From the NCBI RefSeq assembly GCF_037042905.1, contig NC_087245.1, positions 12,092,001 to 12,156,000 of the forward strand: a stretch of 64,000 bases of DNA, in the 5' to 3' direction. Numbering within the stretch: position 1 is the stretch's first letter; each line of letters begins with the position of its first letter. A model generated the notes under the pieces. It did no database searches, had not been told where the DNA came from, and saw only the letters and a list, made by a program, of their open reading frames with translations. The translations under genes were made by a program, and so were the position numbers. This stretch comes from Lytechinus pictus (lineage: Eukaryota). Positions 1 to 11,000 of this stretch are shown one piece after another.

Positions 1-1159
1 TGTGAACCCCATTCCTGCATGATTAGAATTTCCCTTTATTTTCTCATATATTTATCTATCAGCCTGAGCTGATTCAATCTTAAGATTCTAGCCTGATCAG
101 TCCACATTGATGTTAATCTTCATTTTTAAGAAAATTCAATCAATCCAAATTGAAAGCCTATAGTCTAGGCGGAGACTGCAGTAATTGTTTTTGCCTTTGC
201 CACAATTTGTATTCTTTGCCGCATCACACGTATTGCTTGCATTCAGCATAACAGTAAAGACAATAACTGCAGCCTTTGACTAGATTATTGGCCACCCAAG
301 TGGAGGAATTCTCACTTGTCGAATGCTCACTTACGGGCCCCATTTATGAAAAGCATGCGCTGGTATTAGGAATATAAAGTATTACCCCGTGTCAAAATCT
401 GAATGCATCTTCACTTCCTGATCAGCTGGAAAAGTCACAAAATAATGCACATTTTGGGGGAAAAATGCAACTCTGCAAGTTGGCTCAGGATTATAGTATT
501 GATATGATTCTCGTGGAATAGCCCTCTTATTGCAATCTCCAATAATCTTGTTTTTTCTGATGTGTTTAGTTGGCCACATTAGAAATGTTGGCTAATTTTG
601 AAATTCTGGCTGGTGTAAACATACCACATTTTGTCAACTTTGGCATAAAACCTTGGTAAACAATGAAGAGGTATTTAAACTAAAGTATGAACTTGGAAAG
701 TAATGAATTTTCTGTCACTATCAAAATCCATTATTTTTATTATTTTTATGTCATTATTAACCGTTGTCATTTTTATCATTATGATTCTCTTATTATTGCT
801 TCTACTATGAAAATGATTATTAGTTATTCCTATCACTATTATATTATTACTTTCAATATAAGCATTTAAATGAGTGGTTTCAATTTCTCCTGATCAGGTT
901 CTATATAACAATTATTGTCATTAATATTATGGAAATATGTTCGTATGCATTTGTATTTAAAAACAAAAGTATAAATCTCATGTATACAGTCTTGATTAAT
1001 TAAAATGTCAGTTTACTATGTCAAAAGGAATACAAAATTTCATGCATTTAATATATTTGTATTCGAAGATACATAAGAAGATACAAGATAGTAAGAGCTT
1101 GAGAGATTGTCACTTGCTTACGAAAGAGAGGTAATGCTGAAAAAGATTATAATGAAGTA

Positions 1160-1445
1160 GTGATGATGTTGTTGTATATGATGGTGATACCGGGGGGGGG
1201 GGTGATGCTTATGGTGGTGATGATAATGGCGATGATGGTGGTAGTGATGCTGATGATTGATGGTGGTGATGATGATGATATATGATGGTGGTGGTGGTGA
1301 TGATGATGATGGTGGTGGTCGTGGTGATGACGGTGATGCTGATGATAATGTGATGATGAAGATGATGACGATGGTAGTGTGATGACGGTAGTGGTGGTGA
1401 TGATGGTGGTGGTGCTGATGACAATGATGCTGATGATGATGCGGT
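1160..1445. repeat. (GAT/GGT)n degenerate microsatellite
   Basis: Read directly from the sequence. Confidence 0.9.
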
Positions 1446-1992
1446 TGTTACATCAGATTCCCTATCATCTAAATCATAATTAGCTTTGTCAAATCCCACC
1501 CTTATGATATGAAAACTCATGTTGCTTACAATCATCTAATAGCAAAGTTTGCAAGCGTGAGAGCAAGTTGCCCACCCCACCCCAAAATCTCAAACTGGCT
1601 GTCATGCGCTCATAGATGGCGCAAATTCAGAATGAGCTAATGGGTGAATTGATGATGGTGAGTAGTATATAGATGTATAATTTCGTTCTTTAGAAACATT
1701 TTGGGGCTGGCCAAAATAAACTGTGCAGGATGAGAACACGAAGGACAATGGAAAAAATAATAAAGAAAAAAAAAATCGTCATTTCATTTTCAAAATTGTT
1801 GAAAAAATAATGTCTCCTTAGCTATCAACTAAAGGCCTATAATTAGATTAATTTTATTTCGGTTCATAATTATAGGTAAGGTCCATCTTAGCAACAGTAT
1901 TCTTCCAACTAGTTAAGAATTTTTATAGAAAGAAGACGATTTGTAAAGCATGTTAATTTATAATCTTGTACTGTAGTCACGATCCCTAAATT

Positions 1993-2590
1993 TTAAGGTC
2001 AAGTGAACCCCATAAAAATTGCTGATTTGAATCAATAGAGAAAAATCAAATAAGCATAACGCTGAAAATTTCATCAAAAGCAGATGTAAAATAAGAAAGT
2101 TAAGACATTTTAAAGTTTTGCTTATAATTTTTCACAAAACAGTTACATACACAACTCAGTGACATGCAAATGAGAGGGTCAATGATGTCCCTCACTCACT
2201 ATTTCTTTTGTTTTGGTTTTCAATTTTTACAGATTTGACAATAATGACCAACATGACTGAACAAAAGTTAGAACAATGGCAATTCCACATGTTTGAGGAG
2301 GAATATAACTCTGTTTCACATGACATCGAGGAGAAAATTAGAATGTTTCACATTTTATGTAATAAAATAGGGTCATACAAAAGGAATAATGGGTGGGTGG
2401 GTTACGTCATTAGTCTCTCATTTGCATACCGACCAGGATCGATGTGCATATAATGTGAAACGGGGCGAAACTTAAAAACAACTTTCTTTAATAGTTTACA
2501 TAAGATTTTAATGACAATTTCAGTTTTATGCTTGTTGGATTTTTAAAAATCCAAGTCAGCTTTTTGTTGGGGGTAGACACGGTCCTTTAA
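1993..2590. mobile_element. TTAA-flanked non-autonomous element (Kolobok-like), family A
   Basis: TTAA..GGTCAAGTGAACCCC / GGGGTAGACACGGTCCT TTAA. Homologous to 20579-21192 and 37924-38544. Confidence 0.75.
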
Positions 2591-2860
2591 TAATTTTGCG
2601 TGAAACGGTGATTTCCATAGCCAGTGAGCATTCAAATCGGGAAAGTGATAATCAAAATTTCATCACATTTAATTTCATCATATTAAAAAAAAAGAAAGGG
2701 GGCGTCTTGGAATCTAACAACAAAGCCGTGGCAATAGTTATGAAATAAAGCAGAAAAAAGTTACCAATTGTCCTAACTTATTCACAATGAGTGCATGGTA
2801 AACAATTATGTGAAACAACGCGCGGTTGCAATTTGTAATTCACTTTGAAAGCATGCTAAC

Positions 2861-3191
2861 CTTTAGCGTACCTAAGGGGGGGGGGGGGCAGGGGGGCAGA
2901 CTGCCCCCCTGACGAGTCACAACCCATGCAGGGGACGTATCCCTGCCCCCCTGACGAGTCACAACTGATACAGGGGTACAGGGGACGTGCCCCCCCCCCC
3001 CCTTTGAGAAGCCAAATTAATAATTTGTAATGTGTTTTTTTTTGCTCGTCAATTTTGTTTTCTGGTAAGAAAGAAATCCTTTATTTGTGGTTGAAGACCT
3101 TTTTTTTTTTTTTGCTTGTCAAATTTTTTCGCGGACGAAATATCTTCCAAAAAATTTGCCCCCCTTCTGGAAAATCCTAGGTACGCCAGTG
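2861..3191. mobile_element. hAT-type MITE
   Basis: 8-bp TSD ATGCTAAC (2853-2860 and 3192-3199). Termini ..GCGTACCTA / TAGGTACGCCAGTG. Confidence 0.8.
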
Positions 3192-3559
3192 ATGCTAACT
3201 ATATCAAAATGAGAGAACATCTCTAGTTGGGTCATGGAACGGGCGTTTATAAACTGAAGGCCCGGAACAGCAAGTGTGCTAGTCTTTGCGTGATAGCACT
3301 CTTGTTGACCAAAGTTCCAATCAGGGTCTGTGCCTGCAAACTAATCAAAACCGTTCTGAGGCCCGGCCTCAGTTAGTCTGCAGGCACAGACCCTGATTGA
3401 AACAAGTGCGTCTCCACGCGGAGACTAGCACATATTTATTTAACTTCGGAAACGTTCATCAAAAGTCCATTTTATCATCTACATTTCTTATTTGCAAATC
3501 TGCGTTAAAACAAATGTCATACCCCCTTTTCCTTTCCCCCACAATGTTTCTCTTTTTCC

Positions 3560-3650
3560 CCTCCCCGCCCCCCTCCGTTTCTCTCCTACCACTGTTTGTT
3601 TGTTGATTTATACGGCGCATGCGCGCTAAACATCGGGGATTTCCCATTTC
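3560..3650 (+). promoter_or_regulatory. Putative promoter with GC-box, NRF1/P3A2 palindrome and NF-kB site
   Basis: CCCCGCCCCC at about 3563, GCGCATGCGC at 3615-3624 and GGGGATTTCCC at 3635-3645, all clustered about 150-240 bp before the donor at 3801. Confidence 0.55.
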
Positions 3651-3800
3651 GAAATCGGCCTCGTCAGTTTTTTTATTCGATATTCTGAAACGCGTCATTA
3701 ATCATAAACGGGTCATTACTCTGTACTATATCATTCACGAATTCGAGATTTCTGTAGACTCTTGCCAAAGAAGAATTTTAAATATCGGATCAAGGCCAAG
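3650..3800 (+). other. Probable non-coding first exon of the death-domain gene (start approximate)
   Basis: Strong donor AAG|GTAAGC at 3800/3801 downstream of a CpG-richer promoter-like segment. The matching acceptor (ttttttcatgcattcacAG) is at 7991-7992, upstream of ATG 8033. Confidence 0.55.
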
Positions 3801-5536
3801 GTAAGCAGTGATAAATTAATAAATCTGTTTTCCGGACAGTTTTTGTAAATATCCGAACAAGAAAGAGATCGAGAAGGAAGAAGAATCGCCGAAGACATGG
3901 AAGAAGAGTCTGAGTCTGACTTCAGCCTGAAGTTCAGGAATAGAACTAGTACTAGTAGTAGGATGGGGGGTCGGGTGTCCGGACACTTTATATTTTTGAA
4001 GCATTCTTTTTTGTCTTTGGATTACACTAAACATTTGACTTCAATAGTTGTAATCATCTTCTATTTTGTTCTCTATAATATTTCCTAACACTTTGTATGG
4101 TCAGTTCCCCCATGTCTGCGCGGTCTCCCAAGTCTGCGCACCCGCGTATCTGCGCGATTCTAGTAAAAGAAGATACGCAACGAGCACGAACTTTACACAT
4201 GCAATACATAGACAGGTATTCATAAAAAAATCTGACTCAAAATGGTGGAAAAATAATGAATTCAGGGCATTTCATGCGACGGCCTCAAAATGCAGCCTTT
4301 GTCATCAAAATCCCCGAATCGTGTGCAAAGTGAATGAGTGCGCAGACATGGGGTACCATTTTTTTTTTCAATCTGAAAATGACTGCCCGAGGTTTTTTCA
4401 AGAAAATCTTATGTTTTCTTTCATTTTTTAATGAGAAATTTGGTACACTTACTCTTAATAATATAAGAAACACTATTAACCAAAAGATTTTGTGAAATAA
4501 GAAGAAATTCATGTTAAATCTTAACTCAAATTGTTAGGTGCGCAGACTTGGGGCCCACCATCATACTAAAAATTGATGAAACTTCGCTTGTAAATTTTTC
4601 CAAATGACTTTCTAAAATTGATCGTCCGGACACACAACAAGTCGGTATACAACAAGGCCCTGACTCTGTCTCATTCTAGCTCGTGACTCGTGTTGAGCAA
4701 TCTTGACTTGAGACGGCTGGGTTCGGGGGTCACGGACCGAGTGAACATGACAACTCGAGGGAACTTGACGGGCCAATTTATTTAATGTTCACTTAGGCCC
4801 TAATATTAAGTTAAAATGTAACAGAAGTTTGCACCATCTACATCGATCCTTTTACTCGATCTCCATCATCATCATACTTCCGGAACCAGTAATTTAAAAC
4901 AATTTAAACTAAAGTAAAGACAAAGTCAAGACTTTCATTTTCAAATTCAAGCACAGATTTATCTTAGTTCTTACTCTAATACCTAACGACATAGATCTTG
5001 ATGAGTAGTGACTAGTGAACCACAAATATCCACCTAACAAATACTGAGTAATAAAAAAAAAATCATTTTTTGTGAGTATATGCCCTTTTGGCTTGGAACC
5101 ATCTCCCACCTCACTCAGGTAGTGAACAGCACATCACTAGAGTTGTCTAATCGAAGATTGAAAAGAGCCACGTACGATACGACTAGATATCATTGCATCC
5201 TCTCTTGAATTGAATAACTTTATAGTTTATAACTTTTTTGTCCGTATTAAACTTAAAGCCGGAAATTCTTTTTTCACTGGTTTACACACAGGTAGATACA
5301 AATTACAATGTATATACACAGATGACAGAACAAAACAAAAGATGATGAAAACATGTCAACATGAGGAAATAATTCCAACTCAGGTATACATGGTTCACTC
5401 AAAATTTACAACACACTAGTATTTGAAATACAAGTCTCTTATCTACTACATTTAAATGTATACCAACAACTGGTCCAGCAGTGTATACATCCAGGTGATT
5501 CCAAGTTAGCATGGATGTATCCTATGGTCACCCAAG

Positions 5537-6013
5537 GGTTCATTACATGCCGCCGCGCACAGAAAAATCAAGCCATAGAAGTTGTGTGTTGTGGACACCA
5601 GAAGTTGGATCCCAGCAATTGCGACCCGCTAGTTAGAAATCCACTGCCAAACGCGGTTCATGGTGCGAGGTTAGTATACTAATACTAACCTCGCAATACG
5701 TGTGAGTGTCCTATGGTATGGACCAGTGGGCCTGGACGGATTCTAAGCCTAACATGCCTAAGAGTAGACTAGAGTATTAAAGACTGCTAATTTTTTTGAT
5801 CTAGGTCTATCTAGTATCTTGCTTGAATTTATAAGACTAGTGTCTAGTTAATACTCAAGGTTTCATTACATGCCGCTGCACACAGAAAAATCAAGCCATA
5901 GAAGTCGTGTGTTGTGGACGCCAGAAGTGGTGTCGCAGCACACGCGACCCACTGCCAAAGGGTTTTTTTGGTGCAAGGTTAGTATCCTAATCCTAACCTC
6001 ACACTAGTGTGAG
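5537..6013. repeat. Diverged direct repeat of about 150-170 bp (about 5537-5708 and 5858-6013)
   Basis: Both copies contain TTCATTACATGCCGC.GC.CACAGAAAAATCAAGCCATAGAAGT.GTGTGTTGTGGAC.CCAGAAGT ... GGTTAGTAT.CTAAT.CTAACCTC. Confidence 0.8.
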
Positions 6014-6180
6014 TGGTTAATACTTTAATACAATGTATTCCCCACTTTTTCACTGCAACCACCCTGCCTATATGGAATCTACTTGTAGATCTATCTATGC
6101 AGTACACAAAACACACTTAATAAATACTTCAACATAATACTTTTGTAACCAAAAAATGAGGCAAAAATACTTATTTCCAT

Positions 6181-6728
6181 CCGGGGGGAGGGGGGGTACT
6201 CGAATTATACCATGATACCTATGTGCCGCGCCAAAGTGGGTTGGGGGCTCTGGAACTATATTTTGGTCTGAAAACGGGGGTCTTTGGAATGGCTCTTGGA
6301 TCAACGATTGCTAAAAATGCAATGCTTTGGAACTGACCACATCGGAATAGGGGGTCTCTGGAACTCATTATATCTTAGGCATAGCGTTGTAGCAACTACG
6401 TAAAAAAAACATGTGCATGTCTTGCTAGATTCATATCGGGCTAGCGCAAGCAAGCTGCGGGCATGGGAAGTTTCGGCGGCCCAGCGCTATGGCTCTGCGG
6501 CAATTGAGCTCGCTGCCCCGACCAGCTGAGTAGTTCATGGTGGGCGTGCACTAGAACGACAAATCACAAATTTGAGGGTCTCTTGAAAGGGAAAAAATAG
6601 GGATTTCTATGGCTTTCTGAATTGATGATGCTCTGGAAAGGAAATTTAGGCTGAAAATGGGGGTCTCAACCATGGCACATAATATGTATCATACATTTAT
6701 TGAAGTACCCCCCCCCCCACCCCCTGGG
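6181..6728. mobile_element. Non-autonomous DNA transposon with CC(C)GGG..GGG ends and 8-bp TSD
   Basis: TSD ATTTCCAT at 6173-6180 and 6729-6736, with poly-G/poly-C plus GTAC inverted termini. Confidence 0.75.
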
Positions 6729-8032
6729 ATTTCCATATTCTAGTTACAAGTGATTTATTTTTCACTATTATGGGGGATCATTTTTTTTCATTCACAAAGA
6801 GCACTAAAAAACTTTAGTTTTTTGCATTTTTTTGTGAAGGCCCTCTATTTGTGGAAAGTAAAATTGCTTCAGAATTGTCAAAAAACATTCTCTATTTGTA
6901 ATTTAGAAAAAATAATTAAAAGAAATTCAATTTACTTCAGAGCCAATTTATAATGATGAATAGTTGTACTGGAAACTGACAGTGTCAAAAAATCAAGCTT
7001 TTGTCCCAAAAATAAGAGAAAATAAGCTAAGCATTGCTCATTTGCACCCTTCTTTTGTGACAGACCACCCACTATACACTAATTTTACGGCCGATTCTTG
7101 AATTGATTCTTGATTCATTAAATGGAGCGATAGGCAGGATCAATGCTCTCTAAACTAATAAACCTTCATGTTAGTTTCTCTCTAATTTAGAATTATGTTG
7201 AAATGGGTGGTACTACATATGATACAAAATATAAATTGATTTCATTTATGACTTTATAAAAAGTAATTGTAATTGTAATTGGCAAAAGTAATTGGTACTT
7301 GTAATTGAAAAAATGTAATTTAATTGAAAAGTAATTGTAATTGAACATAATTTCTTCAATTACGTAATTGTAATTGAAGAAAGTAATTGAGCCCAACCCT
7401 GATTTTTGTCAATAAATAGTGATTAACTCTTCATAACCAACAATATTTTGGTCATAAAACCATTATCAATATTCAATATTTTTTCTTTATTGCATAATTT
7501 GGATAATATTAAAATATTGCCCATATAATATAATTGTTAGATGATAAGATTTTTAAACTTCATTTGCTAGTCTAATTAGGACCAAGAAGCCACTAAAAGT
7601 TGGAATGAATCTGATTTGATGGCTTGCATGTAGAGTTCCTGTTGTAGCATTAGATTGGGAATGAATCATTTGGGGTAAAAAAAAAATTCATGGAGATAAA
7701 GTACTCTGGTTGTAATAATCGACCTGGGGGGGGGGGGCTGTCTCATGGACGTTATTGCCTAAGGAGTAATGGCGCATCAAGGATGGTCAAAATAATAATC
7801 TGTAACAATATAAATTCAAAGGCACCATAAAACTTTCAATGTATTTAAATTTACAAGAACATGTCGATTTAAACTGTTGTTGCCTATTTGAACTGGGAGA
7901 TCACACTTTATAGAAACTCAAATAATAATTCAGTATTCAATGGGTTAAATAAGTCTTTCATTGCTTCTGCTCATTTTTTCATGCATTCACAGTTAGAAGA
8001 CTTCTACATACATCGAAACACATCCATAAATC

Positions 8033-11000
8033 ATGATAGATAAAGATGCTCTCTTCGATGAACTTTCAAAAAGATTCCCAGCTGGGAAGTATACAACTTT
8101 TTGCAATAAAATGGGTGTTGGCTACAATGAAGCAAAGAGCATGCTGACAAGATGTAAAGAGGACTACAACGTAGCATTGAGAGATCTATTAGGTCAATGG
8201 GATGACAGGATGAAGGGTGTTACCAGGAAGCAAATAGAAGATGCTCTCATCCAGGCAGAGGTTGGTGGACTCTGCTCCATTGTGAGAAAATACTACGAAG
8301 GTATGATACTCCATGGTCACATGTCAAATTTATCACTTTTAGTGATCTTATGACATAATCTTGGTACTCGTCCAGCATCACTTTGATGCACTTTTGTGAT
8401 TTAAGCATATAGGCAGGAAAATGCATTGGATATTTGTTTCACTGTTTAGGACAAGATTTCAGTCAAATTGTTATTATATCATATGATTTGGAGTTTTAAA
8501 ATGGTTATTGATATAAAAGGTTTCAGATGTTTTAGAAATTCAGTCTGTTGTGACTGGTTGCATTTGACAGCAAACTTCTCATTTGGTGACTATTTATCTT
8601 ATTTCACCACACAAACAACATGAATTACCTGAAACTGCAATGTGGAACAATATTTCTTGTGCTGCATCATCTTTTCATAAGACTTGTATGTTCCCTGTGA
8701 TAACGATCAAAACCAACAAGATGATTAAAGTAGAAAGTCATACGTGTATGTGATCTCTATTTCTTTTAACAGCTGACACTAGAGTTGAAGCTGCCTCAGA
8801 CTTCGGAGCTGGAGATGCTACTGTTCAGAGCACTAGCAGTCAGCGTATGAACCAATCGGAGAGAATGGTTCATATGAATCAAAGAGGTAATATAAGTCAA
8901 CTCTGCTTGTTCACAAAATGTGAAACAATATCTATAGTCTGGCACCGTATTTTTGAAGGGGTGTCATCTTGGTGGCACATCAATTTGTCTCTTAGATTTT
9001 GAGGTTTTCATGTAATTACTTAAATGCCTTGGAAAAAAATGTATTTTTTCTAAAACTTTTAATGTAACTTAATAGTTATATTATAGTTACTTGAACTAGT
9101 GCATAATATCATGAGGGTCTTAGGCATAACTGAAAGGTTAGCAATTAATCCTATGCTTGATTTTCACAATTAATTGTACATTGTAGTCAATCGTAAAAAA
9201 AAGACATTGTACGATGATTGCTAAGCTTTGTGTCACCGGCCCCAGATAATTATTCCTAAGACTGAGATCATATAATGTGAATAAAGCAGGTGAAAATGAT
9301 GAAATACTGAAAATGTAGAATTACAAGAACAGTTAAAATAAGGAAAACAAATACAGAATGACAAGGGTGACTAATCCACATCTAATTATGTTTCATCTTT
9401 CAGGTGTGCCAAATACATCTGCTGCTACAGGGGAGACTGAAGCCATTGCCAGTGTAGACATACGTAAACCTGCCAGACAGCAAATTGAAAAGGAGCAGGC
9501 AGAGAGGAAAAATGGTATAAAAATGATGTCGATTATTTTTGTATTCTTCAAGAGAATACTTTTTACAGCTAATTATTATTATTGAATTATCAAATGAATT
9601 TCTAAGGGTGGTTCATTTCAGGACCAACATTATACCCACAAAAGAATACATGGTGTACCGTGAAACTAATACACTCTGATCCTCAAACGTTTAAGTTTTA
9701 TTGGGACTCTTGGGCAGATGTGCATTGAAAATGTATATACTGGCATTTCCATAAAAGTGTAAATGTTAAACACCTTAATTAAACACCTAATATATTACAC
9801 CTTTCTGAAATGATTTTGCTCTAATTTTATATTTAGAGCATATGAAAGTTGTATGTTTTTCAAATTATGGCATGGTAGGTCATGGAGATGAATGGGGCTC
9901 TGGCATACAAATACATATAGTAGGATTATAGGATAGATAATATCATGGCATTGCCCTTTGATGTGTGGTGAGAATATGTATTTTCAGCTGTGGATCAAAG
10001 GAAATATAAGAACAAATTTAATTACATTTCGCCATTTGGCAAGTAAAAGGGTAATGTGACACTATCAATTGAAAAAAAAAAATGATACCAGTCTAAACTG
10101 CTGTTTCTACAGCTTATATCCCTGCAGTTTTCTTTGTAGAATAAGGGCATGCTTGATATTGCCCTTCATTTAGCCAAAATTGGAAATTCTTCATTTATTA
10201 TTGAATTTCTAGAAAAATATGTTGATTATGATCAATATAAAGACATTACCAGAAAGAGCTTTTAGTACTCTATTAGAAAAAAAAAATTTATGGAAAAACT
10301 AAATGTTTTTTACCCTTTTACTTGCTGAACAATGATTTGTACAGTGCGTCCCACAAAAAACGAAACCGAGATTTAGCGATGATTTATCATAACTTAATCA
10401 TAAATACAATAAACAAATGACCCACCAACGTAAAGCTTAGAATCTCCTCTTTCATCTGATACTACAAAGATTATTCCTCATTCACGCATGAGTGAGCAAA
10501 AACAATTCGAAGAAAGGATGCCAAAAACTCATTTGGCGGGGGGTATCTGAATTTCAAAAAGAAAGTCACATGACTAAAAAGTTCAATATCTGCTCTTTTA
10601 TTTGATACCTTAATCACAGAAAATGGTCAAGAAGTAAAAAAGGTATGATCCCTCGAAACAATGCTTGTATTTCCATAATTTCATTAAATAAACTTGTTTT
10701 CACCGGTTTCCCACAGAAAGCTATCGCACATGGCTGATCGTCAACAAAACGGAATGTTGAGTGAGTTTAAACGCTAGCTTGTAAACCTCTTCATTTCATG
10801 AAATTATTGAAAATCAAGCCTTGTTTCAAATAATCAGAACTTTCTTATTTCTTGACCATTTTCTTTAATTGAGGTATCAAATTAAAGAGCAGATATTGAA
10901 CTTTTTGAAAATGTGGTTTTCTTTTTGAAACCCAGATACAGCCCGCCAAGTGACTTTTTGGTATCCCCTTTTCAAATTGTTTTTGCTCACTCATGCGTGG

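Noticed and set aside
382..579. 65-aa minus-strand ORF
   Set aside because: No recognisable domain and no convincing splice partners. It could be UTR of a neighbouring gene.
1209..1535. His/Ser/Thr-rich ORF
   Set aside because: Translation of the (GAT/GGT)n microsatellite.
3897..4088. MEEESESDF... ORF as an N-terminal exon of the death-domain gene
   Set aside because: It lies after the strong donor at 3801, and the in-frame TAA at 8027-8029 prevents any upstream extension of the death-domain frame.
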